A stretch of DNA of 64,000 nucleotides, from contig CATNEN010000030.1 of assembly GCA_950097015.1 (NCBI GenBank), positions 2,604,001 to 2,668,000 on the forward strand. The letters are read 5' to 3'. The position numbers and the translations under genes were made by a program. Source of the stretch: Macrostomum hystrix (lineage: Eukaryota > Animalia > Platyhelminthes). The notes under the pieces are model-generated. The model saw nothing but the letters and a program-made list of their open reading frames with translations. It was not told the DNA's origin and did no database searches. Of the stretch, positions 23,301-34,500 are shown in pieces. Within the stretch, counting starts at the first letter, position 1; the number at the start of each line of letters is the position of its first letter.

Positions 23301-26300
23301 CAATAATCCGCCCTCTTCCTTCAAATACTCCAATAATCCGCCCTCTTCCTTCAAATCCTCCAATAATCCGCCCTCTCCCTTCAAATCCTCCAATAATCCG
23401 CCCTCTTCCTTCAAATCCTCCAATAATCCGCCGTCTTCCTTCAAATCCTCCAATAATCCGCCCTCTTCCTTCAAATACTCCAATAATCCACCCTCTCCCT
23501 TCAAATCCTCCAATAATCCACCCTCCCCCTTCAAATCCTCCAATAATCCGCCCTCTTCCTTCAAATCCTCCAATAATCCGCCGTCTTCCTTCAAATCCTC
23601 CAATAATCCGCCCTCTTCCTTCAAATACTCCAATAATCCACCCTCTCCCTTCAAATCCTCCAATAATCCACCCTCCCCCTTCAAATCCTCCAATAATCCG
23701 CCGTCTTCCTTCAAATACTCCAATAATCCACCCTCTCCCTTCAAATCCTCCAATAATCCACCCTCCCCCTTCAAATCCTCCAATAATCCGCCGTCTTCCT
23801 TCAAATACTCCAATAATCCACCCTCTCCCTTCAAATCCTCCAATAATCCACCCTCCCCCTTCAAATCCTCCAATAATCCGCCCTCTTCCTTCAAATACTC
23901 CAATAATCCACCCTCTCCCTTCAAATCCTCCAATAATCCGCCCTCTCCCTTCAAATACTCCAATAATCCGCCCTCTCCCTTCAAATACTCCAATAATCCG
24001 CCCTCTCCCTTCAAATACTCCAATAATCCGCCCTCTCCCTTCAAATACTCCAATAATCCGCCCTATCCCTTCAAATACTCCAATGATCCGCCCTCTCACT
24101 TCAAATACTCCAATAACCCACCCTCTTCCTTCAAATCCTCCAATAATCCGCCCTCTCCCTTCAAACCCTCCAATAATCCGCCCCCTTCCTTCAAATCCTC
24201 CAATAATCCGCCCCTTCCTTCAAATCCTACAATAATCCGCCCTCTCCCTTCAAACCCTCCAATAATCCACCCTCCCCCTTCAAATCCTCCAAAAATCCGC
24301 CCTCTCCCTTCAAATCCTCCAATAATCCACCCTCTCCCTTCAAATCCTCACATAATCCGCTATACCCATCTCCCAGCAAGTCACTCACCTTTGTGGCCGT
24401 TGATGAGGCAGCCGAGGCCGGTGATCCAGACGCTGGCCGCATCCACTAGAGCCGCCACCAGATCAATGCAGCGCTGCTTTGAGTCGCCGTCGCCTTTGGC
24501 TTCAACTACGATCGTGAAGGCGCAGTCAGCAGACTGTGCGGCTGCCACGCTGCTGTTGCGCAGCGCGGCTGTAGTCCGACCCCGACGGACTTCCTTGATA
24601 TCCGCGACACGGACTGAAATCGATTGCGGTCAATTAGTGTCTGATTTGCTTGACTAATCAAACTCCATTTTGTGACCCTTATTTGGGCCGTTTTTGTCTA
24701 CTGATAAAGTCTTCGTGCTGCCCTTCTGGGCCAGTTCGCACGATATTTTAAAACCCAAGAAAGAGCAATTGATGACCCGTTTAATTACGAGATAATGCGC
24801 ATTTTTAATTAGTAACCCGAGCTACTAGAACTTACATTATAAAATACCAACTGGTTGCTTAATAAAAGTACACTAAAGTCGTGAATCTTGTAATAAAATG
24901 ACTAATCAATTACATGTTAATAGATCTATGTATTACACTAGGAGTGTGGAAGCCGAATGATATTTTATAAAGCAGTTTCGGATTTTTGCTTCTTTATAAA
25001 CTGTCTGTCAACGAAGTTAAAATTTGTCTTTCAGTGATGATTTTTCATTAACGATGATCGTATTTTTGGTTGAGATTCATTACAGTGCAATAAACTACCA
25101 GGCTCCCAATAGATTGTGATGTTGCCTGTGTACAAGCTTGGTCATTACAGTGCTATGAACTACCAGGCTCCCAATAGATTGTGATGTTGCCTGTGTACAA
25201 GCTTGGTCATTACAGTGCTATGAACTACCAGGCTCCCAATAGATTGTGATGTTGCCTGTGTACAAGCTTGGTCATTACAGTGCTATGAACTACCAGGCTC
25301 CCAATAGATTGTGATGTTGCCTGTGTACAAGCTTGGTCATTACAGTGCTATGAACTACCAGGCTCCCAATAGATTGTGATGTTGCCTGTGTACAAGCTTG
25401 GTCATTACAGTGCAATAAACTACCAGGCTCCCAATAGATTGTGATGTTGCCTGTGTACAAGCTTGGTCATTACAGTGCTATGAACTACCAGGCTCCCAAT
25501 AGATTGTGATGTTGCCTGTGTACAAGCTTGGTCATTACAGTGCTATGAACTACCAGACTCCCAATAGATTGTGATGTTGCCTGTGTACAAGCTTGGTCAT
25601 TACAGTGCTATGAACTACCAGACTCCCAATAGATTGTGATATTGCCTGTTTACAAGCTTGGCCAATTTGAAACTAGGTCAGTGCCTTCGGGATTATTTTG
25701 CACTGAAGGATTTCAACCCAGATGAATTGTCATGCTCGGGGGCGTGGCCACACACAATTCATTAATCGGATTAGCCGAGTCGATGGGATAAAAAGATTAA
25801 AACTCAAGTTAGCTCTTGCGCAGGTAAAACAAACCGACAGCCACCGGGCCCAGCAGCTACCTGTTTCAGGCGAAAACTGTTCCCTGCTTACGTTACTTAA
25901 CCTTGCTTAGAGTGCGTGTTTGCCCAGCAAAACATTTACTGAAAGTTTCTTCTGGCCTCCGTCTGCGTCTCCCAATTTTTTGGGTGGGGTTACAGTTTTT
26001 TATGTAGGAAGGAGCGAAATATTTATTCCCCATTTCTCGTCTGCCCCCGTCCGGGTGGCCCTGCCTGCTATCGGGAGGGGGGCGGGAATGGCAGGAAACT
26101 AAATGATGGTGGCGCCCAGGTGAATGGGGCGTTGGCCTTGCTGGGCGTGGCTGGTTCATCGTCAATATTGATCCTCATCTCATCACTGCTCAACCCGTCG
26201 GAGAGCGACCGGCCCCCCTTTACGCCTTCCATTCTATGTTATTCGGTTCTGGTTTAGCTTGTAATGGCCAACTTCGAAGCGCAATTTAGCCTAGAATGAT

Positions 26301-27241
26301 GAATTTATAGGCTATGAATAGCCATGAGCTTCATTCTGGAAGCCGATCGCTATCTTGCTATTTGCGACTCACCAGCAGCTTTGTGCGGCTTCTTAGACGA
26401 GGGCCACCAACGAATTTCCATGGCTTCTAGGTCAAGAAAGAAGTGCCGCTTGTAGTGTCTATTGTTTGGCCGAATTTTTAAGAGATCGGTGCCCTCTTGC
26501 ATGTAGTTGAGGCAGTCCAGTGCTGGAATTGTATCGAGTAAAATTCAAGGGAAACGTATACATTTATATTTATAATGAAGCCTATGCGAAATGCTTGTCT
26601 TAATTTTATTCTATGCTCATTATCATTTTTGCAGCAACTGAAGCGAGTATTTAGTACACGAAAGCCACAGGGGAAGGCGTAGACCTATTTAGCGACAATT
26701 TGCATAATTGGACGCTGGTAAAAAGAAAGCAGACAAAAAACTAAAAGTACGAGGTAGTCCAGTAAAGGTTGAGAAGAGAGCGGTTCAGAACTTTTGCGGG
26801 TCAAAATGCTTGAATGATTCCGAGATTATTTTCTAAAGCAGCAAACTGGGGCACCGAGTGAATTGAAATTGTGGTTGAGAAGACATTTTTAAGAGATGAC
26901 GCAATCGAGAAGGATATACGAAATCGGAAAAAATCATGGCCGTTGGATTATCTTCACACCCGAATGTGAAGATGTGAAGACATTTGAATGCAAAATGGAT
27001 GGGAAAAGTTGACAATAAAAAAGTAAGAAGTAGCTAGCTAGCGCTCACCGTCGACAACCTTGATTTTGGATTCAGAATTAGTATCCAAAAAAGAGACTTC
27101 TTTCTTGCGATGGCTTATTTTGCCAGTAGCCTGTATACTCTCCGAAGATGCTTCAGAAGCTGATTCTTCCACCTTTGAAGAATTACTCTGACTATCGGTG
27201 TTGTTTAGGCTGAGATTGCTTGCGTGAGCTGGGCTCGCCAT
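8339..27241 (-). CDS. PLCL: Phospholipase C-like protein (PLCL/PRIP family): PH, EF-hands, X/Y boxes, C2, PLCL C-terminal domain; 18 exons
   Basis: Phase-consistent GT-AG exons: 27241-27049, 26522-26373, 24613-24389, 22115-22067, 21260-21131, 20491-20379, 17990-17924, 17792-17699, 17321-17204, 15650-15565, 14539-14419, 13491-13215, 11940-11838, 11742-11630, 11154-10849, 10473-10263, 10073-9532, 8668-8339. PLCL-type motifs: [76 protein letters not shown]. Confidence 0.92.
11300..11392 (+). mobile_element. SINE family A, tRNA-like head only
   Basis: tagcctagtggttagagcg (A box) and gggttcgattcc (B box), continuing into the family A body caatttgtgtc. No acceptor stem. Confidence 0.65.
12170..13100. 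repeat. 14-bp tandem repeat in a PLCL intron
   Basis: (agctagtgaacttc)n, about 65 copies, with a recurring variant agccatcaaacttc. Confidence 0.97.
13511..13850 (+). mobile_element. SINE family B, near full length, antisense in a PLCL intron
   Basis: Degenerate head (ggtggcag...gcctctcgcaccgagcttgatccc), complete body and (atta) tail. Confidence 0.8.
15724..16820. repeat. 29-bp minisatellite in a PLCL intron
   Basis: Unit ggaattgtctggagtaggaatatgacaga, about 38 copies. Confidence 0.97.
17417..17597 (-). mobile_element. SINE family A copy
   Basis: Minus strand reads ggttgtagcctagggttttagagcgtcgaactcacgacttgaaggtcg...tgtgtcc...aaatgggtac...ccagtccatggactgaacagccgtac. Confidence 0.7.
18076..18633. 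repeat. (CATTC)n grading into (TATTC)n pentamer microsatellite
   Basis: Seen directly. Contains a duplicated block ttcaatgctactccattctgatctattcagttctg at about 18183 and 18325. Confidence 0.95.
19245..20390. repeat. 43-bp minisatellite overlapping the PLCL exon/5' splice-site junction
   Basis: Unit cccacctggctagctacatgattcccaatctccacggcaaatt, about 27 copies. The terminal copy includes the exon end and the donor at 20378. Confidence 0.95.
20775..20830 (+). mobile_element. SINE family A, 3' fragment
   Basis: cccagtccatggactgaacagctgtacaaagcc. Confidence 0.55.
21272..21875. repeat. 31-bp minisatellite abutting a PLCL 3' splice site
   Basis: Unit gagtcactcttctcagttcttgggactggtt, about 19 copies, drifting in sequence toward the right. 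Confidence 0.95.
22235..24362. repeat. 30-bp C-rich (G-rich on the sense strand) minisatellite filling a PLCL intron
   Basis: Unit ccgccctctcccttcaaatcctccaataat, about 70 copies. Begins about 27 nt after the donor at 24388. Confidence 0.97.
25075..25662. repeat. 65-bp tandem repeat, near-identical copies
   Basis: Unit gtcattacagtgctatgaactaccaggctcccaatagattgtgatgttgcctgtgtacaagcttg, about 9 copies. Confidence 0.95.
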
Positions 27242-29063
27242 ATTTTCTATTAAACAGTAACTGACTGTTTAAGATTACGCAGAAACATTAAGCGTTCTGT
27301 AAATTTTCATTGATCATGGCGGCTTAGAAAATCAAAATTGTTCACAATGCAAAAAGCTATAATATAAATTGTTAATCAAAAGGAATCTAATGCAATAAAC
27401 ATTATCGTCGTTTGGTAGATTTCCAAATATATGTTAATGAGAAGATACGGAGTCCTTTTTTACTAAAAAATGAGCCAAAAAGTTTTTACGTCGACTGTTT
27501 CATGTTAAATACCTCTGGTTTGTCTCGAATAAAAAGGAATAAAAAGCATGTTGAAAATCAAACTGACTCCATTCATTAGACACAAAATAAAACAAAGTTA
27601 TCTGGCAATGCTTTTAAAAATCAAGGCAAGCTTCAACGAAGAAGAAATTGGCTGCGCAAAAATATCTAGCGTTTCAAATATTCTTGTCTTGAGTTTTTTT
27701 TTACAAAAAAAGATTATGTCAGATTTTAACTGTCATTGAAATTCCATTTCCGAAACGCGCAGGATGTTCTATCACAGCGGTGGAAATGAAATGAGTAGAA
27801 TATATTGTTGTATATTGTGTATTGAAAATCTTCATACATTTTCAGTATATATTGAAATGGTCCTTTATATATTTTTAATACCAATAAATGTATCAAGTTT
27901 GTAATATTTCATTCTTCATTGGACATTATATTCCGTTCTGTTCTGGAATATTAGCTTTGCGTTGCCCATTGGCCATTGCCACTTGCCAGTGCTGGGCTTA
28001 CTGATCGATTTTCCAAAATTTATTTTTCCACAGTCAATTGTAATTCGTTGTATTGTTGTGGTGTACTGTGTCTGTACTTTTTTTAATTAAGAGTTTCATC
28101 AAAATTGATTACTTACTTGTAAATATTTCTCTTTTTACAGTCTTTTCGTCCTGCCTACCTCGCATTTGCTAAATTCTATTTCTCCAAGTGTAGAAAAAGC
28201 CCATCTTCACTATGTACATGTGACATCAGAGCTTCATGCCTTCAGTATCATTTCAGTGACATAACAATATCTATAACTTTTATACAAAAATCTGTAGGCC
28301 TATCTGTAACTGTAGCTACAGTATAACTCTATCACACATTTAAGCCCAACTTGACTTATAGATCAGAAATAGCTATTAATCATTTACTGAATAGGGCCTA
28401 TAGCTAGCTAAGGCAATAGTCGTAATAGCTACACTTCAGTATTTCCTGATGGTATTTTTGTTTTAGAATAAAATTTTCATTTCATTTTCATTAACTACTA
28501 GTAACTAGTATGACTAAATTAGCATCAAATCCAACTTAAAAATTCTCAGCATTCTTTTGGATTAGGGGGCCAGTAGATAATCTTTTGTTTTGGTTTAGTG
28601 GACCACCATTTTTTAAGTGGCCAGTTTTCCTAGTTTAAGGAACCAACAATTTTGTCACCATTTCAATTTTAAGCTAGCTATTGGGATGGCAGCGCAATAT
28701 ACACAAAGCCTTAGTGGTAAGTTCAGATTTAACCTTTGTCTCTTAATTTATAATTAAATAGTTTTGGTTTAGAAGGGCAATCAATGGAAAGCATTCATTG
28801 TTGGTCCCCTAATCTAAAATGTTGCGAAGATAGGTTTGTCTGTTTCTTGGTTCTGCTAATGAACTAGTATATTCTATATAAAATATTATTTTAATGTATA
28901 GTAATAACAATTTTAGTGCAATGTGTGTACTAAATAATACAAATTCAAAAAAATTGTTTGAAAAATTGTTTAACTAAATCTCTTATAAAAAATTGTTTTT
29001 CTAATAAATATATAAATTATTTACAGAGCTATTAACGTAACAGGAGTTGACACTGAACTGTAA

Positions 29064-30706
29064 ATGTCTAAGCACTTGGTGAGCTATCATGATGCACTTG
29101 TTACTGAGGATGATTATAATACTCTGACTGATGGCAATTGGCTAAATGATAACATCATTAGCTTTGTCATGGAGTACCTAGAGCGCAGCATTTATTGTGG
29201 TGGAAATGTTACACTTCTTGATCCCAGCGTCTGTCAGGCTGTTAAACTGACCAGACAGGCAACTGAGCTTCTCGCTGGTCGGGCCCTTAGAATCTGTAAG
29301 TACCTATATGTATAGTCCAGCTTTGAAAGAATTTTAGACTATGGTCTATGCTGACTGTTCTTTATCTGGCTCTTCTTTGTTCAGTCAATTCTTCTAGGGT
29401 GACAGGTCCACTTTAACACTGCATTGCACTTTTGCTACTACATGCTGTACAAAATTAAGAAAATAATAATATGATTTGCAGCAGTCGATCCCTAGTTTGT
29501 GAGGAGGAGCAATTCTCATTCCACTGACCCCATAGGCATAGATTGCACTACCAATGTGCCTTTTCCCCTATTTTGGTCTATGGATGAATAATCTTAGCCC
29601 AAATTAGCTCCCTGAGATTAGCCTGATTGCTTCAGTTAACTAGCTCAGGGGTTGTTGCCTAGTGGTTAGGGCGTCGCACTCAAGACTTGAAGGTCGGGGG
29701 TTCGTCTCTCGACTCCACTGGAACGATTTGTGTCCTTTAGCAGAACAGTTCATCCAGCTGTTAAATGGGTACCAGCATCAGCTAGGGGTTAGTTGAGGGA
29801 GGGTGTAACATCCCCTCAGTCCATGGACTTATTGGCCGTATGCAGCCTTCAGATGCGCCGCTATTGAAGGCCGAGCTGTCAGCTGCATATCTGGTCCAAT
29901 TATGGCAGGTGTAATAAATTATTTTTTTCAGTTAACCCAGCTGTAAAAATGGGTAGTTTATATGGACGTGCCTGCCTCACTTGTCCATGGACCGAACAGC
30001 CGTACGCAGCCTTAAGATGTCTCGCACAAGAGCCGCGGTAGAGCCATCATTGGCGCTACATGTGGGTTAGGTGGCATTTCTATCCATCTTTTGAGCTAAG
30101 GTAAAAATCTAAATCCTTAGTGAGTGTCGGACTTGTCACATCTCGAAGTGTTAGACAAGCGTTAGTCTTACAGAGTTCGCACATGATGGCTATTACTGAA
30201 TTGTTCTACCCAACCGCGCATCTTCGTCAGCCTCCACCGCATCTCACCGCGGCTTAATTTGCGTGGTTAGCGACAGCGATTCGTTTGACCAGCCCGGCGG
30301 TCACCATTGGTCCCTGTTGGCCATTCGTTACAGCACGGACAGCGGCTGCGGCTGCCGCGTACTCAACGCTCTGCACTTTGACAGCCTAGCCAGCAGCAAT
30401 AGGCACGCCGCAACGGATCTAGCGGCCGCCCTGCACCCGGCCCTGTGCGACTGTCCAGCTGCTCCAGCCGTGCTGGAAGCTGTTCGCTGTCCCCAGCAGG
30501 CCAACAGCTTCGACTGCGGCGTCTACGCACTGCTGACCGCTGAGCGACTGATCCAGGCCGGGTTGGACCAGTGGCCGGCGCTGGCTGCCGACTTCAGCTG
30601 GTCTGACGGCCACTGCCAGGCTAAGAAGTGTGCCATTGAATTCAGAATGCGTTATAGACAGCTCATTGACAGACTGGCTGCTGAAGGTCCAGTCTATAGG
30701 GATTAG
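29064..30706 (+). CDS. SENP8: NEDD8-specific protease (SENP8/NEDP1/DEN1), 2 exons
   Basis: Exons 29064-29295 and 30231-30706 join in phase 1. Motifs LVSYHDA, WLNDNIISF, GGHHWSLL (His), HFDS (Asp), QQANSFDCGVY (Gln/Cys); the catalytic triad is intact. Confidence 0.92.
29646..30022 (+). mobile_element. SINE family A, full-length copy plus an adjacent partial copy
   Basis: A box ttgcctagtggttagg, B box gggttcg, central tgtgtcc...ccagctgttaaatgggtacc, then gtccatggac...gcaggtgtaataaatt tail to about 29925. A second body fragment runs about 29930-30022. Confidence 0.8.
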
Positions 30707-30871
30707 GGAGGATGATAAAAGACAGTCTCCATCTGGTCGTCGTCGCATTTTCTTTTCTTAATTTTTTAACGCTAATTATATATTTTTGTATTTTGCTAAT
30801 ATAATTTTGTCAGTGTTAATGTTATCGATTGGTTTGGCCTTTTTGGTTTTTTCACAATCGTCTAACGAATC

Positions 30872-31345
30872 AATTTAAATATGTCAATCCAAATTGCCTT
30901 TCAATTCAGGTCACCTGTCAATCCAAATTGCCTTTCAATTCAGGTCACCTGTCAATCCAAATTGCCTTTCAATTCATGTCACCTGTCAATCCAAATTGCC
31001 TTTCAATTCAGGTCACCTGTCAATCCAAATTGCCTTTCAATTCAGGTCACCTGTCAATCCAAATTGCCTTTCAATTCAGGTCACCTGTCAATCCAAATTG
31101 CCTTTCAATTCAGGTCACCTGTCAATCCAAATTCGCTTTCAATTCAGGTCACCTGTCAATCCAAATTCGCTTTCAATTCAGGTCACCTGTCAATCCAAAT
31201 TGCCTTTCAATTCAGGTCACCTGTCAATCCAAATTGCCTTTCAATTCAGGTCACCTGTCAATCCAAATTGCCTTTCAATTCAGGTCACCTGTCAATCCAA
31301 ATTGCCTTTCAATTCAGGTCACCTGTCAATCTAAATTCGCTTTCA
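30872..31345. repeat. 34-bp minisatellite in the putative SENP8 3'UTR
   Basis: Unit tcaattcaggtcacctgtcaatccaaattgcctt, about 14 copies; aataaa follows at about 31411. Confidence 0.95.
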
Positions 31346-31583
31346 GTCCAGATCTAAGATCTAGATCCCAAGAATTGAATCCTACATGGCCGCTTTGTTA
31401 ACAACTTCTTAATAAATAAACAAGTTTAAACCCTCGTCTCTTCCAGCTTATATAGACTGAGTGGGCCTTCAAAAGGCGCATTCGCCTAAAGATAGCAAGC
31501 AAGTTAGAGCAGGCACTGCGACCTTAGTGAATATCAAATAGACGGCACTGCATCTAGCCACAAACTGTCACTTTGTTTAATCA

Positions 31584-34500
31584 ATGACTACAACAATGAC
31601 AGGCGAAGAGGATAACAATACCACCGGATCTGATACGCTACGTGACTCCGGTTCACTCCAGGGCAGTTGGGCTCCGCCTAAAAGTGCACGCGAACGACAG
31701 TACGAGTCGGCCTACAAGCGAGCTCTAGGCGACACCCTGACCTGGATTGAGCGATCTACCGGTATTCGCTTTGTTTGCAAGCCTCCGCCTGATGCAGCCT
31801 ATCCGCCTGGTCTGTTTCGTCAGTTGCTTAGCGACGGTGTACAGCTGTGCGAGTAAGTTAGAGATTTAGTTCTGTGGGATCAGGTGTATTAGTCTAACAC
31901 AGTCTACCTGCAATCTGTGGGATCAGGTGTATTAGTCTTCCTGCAGTCTGTGGGATCAGGTGTATTAGTCTACCTGCTGTCTGTGGGATCAGGTGTATTA
32001 GTCTACCTGCAGTCTGTGGGATCAGGTGTATTAGTCTACCTGCAGTCTGTGGGATCAGGTGTATTAGTCTACTTGCAGACTGTGGGATCAGGTGTATTAG
32101 TCTACTTGCAGACTGTGGGATCAGGTGTATTAGTCTACTTGCTGACTGTGGGATCAGGTGTATTAGTCTACCTGCAGTCTGTAGGATCAGGTGTATTAGT
32201 CTACTTGCAGTCTGTGGGATCAGGTGTATTAGTCTACCTGCAGTCTGTAGGATCAGGTGTATTAGTCTACTTGCAGTCTGTGGGATCAGGTGTATTAGTC
32301 TACTTGCAGACTGTGGGATCAGGTGTATTAGTCTACTTGCAGTCTGTGGGATCAGGTGTATTAGTCTACTTGCAGACTGTGGGATCAGGTGTATTAGTCT
32401 ACTTGCAGACTGTGGGATCAGGTGTATTAGTCTACTTGCTGACTGTGGGATCAGGTGTATTAGTCTACCTGCAGTCTGTAGGATCAGGTGTATTAGTCTA
32501 CTTGCAGTCTGTGGGATCAGGTGTATTAGTCTACCTGCAGTCTGTAGGATCAGGTGTATTAGTCTACTTGCAGTCTGTGGGATCAGGTGTATTAGTCTAC
32601 TTGCAGACTGTGGGATCAGGTGTATTAGTCTACCTGCAGTCTGTGGGCTTGCAGACTGTGGGATCAGGCGTATTATTCTAAAAGATCGTACGTAAAAATA
32701 TATGTGCACCTCACAGCTTGGCACAATTAATTGCCAATCGTTTTAATCCCCAACAACTCGCAGGCTACTTAACGCGCTTCGACCTGGCTGTGTAAAAAAG
32801 ATCAACAGGGCTAAGAATCGCATTGCTGGCCTGGTGAGTCCCGGATTTTTTGTTGACAAATCATTTTTGTTTTATTAAACTTTTTGGTTTATTGAATTCA
32901 TTTTCGTAGCTTATTTGTATGCGAGATCTAGAAATACAGGTTGTTACCTTTTTTCTGGCAAATATGATAGTTTTATCTTCAGAAATTACAGTTTGCATAT
33001 TCAAATTTCATTTGCATGCATTCCAAACTTGAAACATAACACTGAACATTGTTTAGCAATATTTCAACGTTAAGGCACCGAGTAAGCTGTGACGGTAAGC
33101 AAGTAGTTGAACTTTTAACCATTTTTCTAACGGGTAGTAGTTAATCGTGAGGCGTATAACAATACTAAATAGCGTAGCATAGCATGAGTATAAGTACAGT
33201 TCTAATTGTAACTCTTCACGTTGCATTTACAGTTGCGTCATCTTTAAAGTGACTTTTTTAAATAACAGTTATTGGCTAATCCGGCTTATCCAGGTAGTAT
33301 GCGGCTCGATAATCAGTGCTAGGCTGACATCTTAACTTGTTAGTTAGGACACTATACCAGCGTAACAATTCTTGAAACTTATAAGTGTCTTTCTTTTATA
33401 AAATTGTATGCAGGATTGTCTTTAAGAAGGATTGCATGTTTAAAATCCAATGTGGATCGTTTGATTATGTATTCTTACCACTATCGATCCTTTTCTAGAA
33501 TTGAGTATTCTCCCCCTATCGGTCCCTTGTTAGGATGTGTATTCTCCCCCTATCGGTCCCTTCTTAGGATTGTGTATTCTCCCCTTATCGGTCCCTTCTT
33601 AGGATTGTGTATTCTCCCCCAATCGGTCCTTTGTTAGGATTGTGTATTCTCCCCCAATCGGTCCTTTGTTAGGATTGTGTATTCTCCCCCAATCGGTCCT
33701 TTGTTAGGATGTGTATACTCCCCCCTAATCGGTCCTTTGTTAGGATGTGTTTTCTCTCTCTATCGGTCCTTTGTTAGGATGTGTTTTCTCTCTCTATCGG
33801 TCCTTTGTTAGGATGTGTTTTCTCTCTCTATCGGTCCTTTGTTAGGATGTGTTTTCTCTCTCTATCGGTCCTTTGTTAGGATGTGTTTTCTCTCCCTATC
33901 GGTTCTTTGTTAGGATGTGTTTTCTCTCCCTATCGGTCCTTTGTTAGGATGTGTTTTCTCTCCCTATCGGTCCTTTGTTAGGATGTGTTTTCTCTCCCTA
34001 TCGGTCCTTTGTTAGGGTGTGTATTCTCTCCCTATCGGTCCTTTGTTAGGGTGTGTATTCTCTCCCTATCGGTCCTTTGTTAGGATGTGTATTCTCTCCC
34101 TATCGGTCCTTTGTTAGGATTGGGTATTCTCCCCCCTATCGGTCCTTTGTTAGGATGTGTATTCTCTCCCAATCGGTCCTTTGTTAGGATGTGTATTCTC
34201 TCCCTATCGGTCCTTTGTTAGGATGTGTATTCTCTCCCTATCGGTCCTTTGTTAGGATGTGTATTCTCTCCCTATCGGTCCCTTGTTAGGATGTGTATTC
34301 TCTCCCTATCGGTCCTTTGTTAGGATGTGTACTCTCCCCCTATCGGTCCTTTGTTAGGATGTGTATTCTCCCCCTATCGGTCCTTTGTTAGGATGTGTAT
34401 TCTCCCCCTATCGGTCCCTTGTTAGGATGTGTATTCTCTCCCTATCGGTCCCTTGTTAGGATGTGTATTCTCTCCCTATCGGTCCTTTGTTAGGATGTGT

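Noticed and set aside
25075-25662. Regular 65-bp periodic array considered as a CRISPR-like locus
   Set aside because: Units are near-identical end to end, with no unique spacers and no cas genes; the context is a eukaryotic intron.
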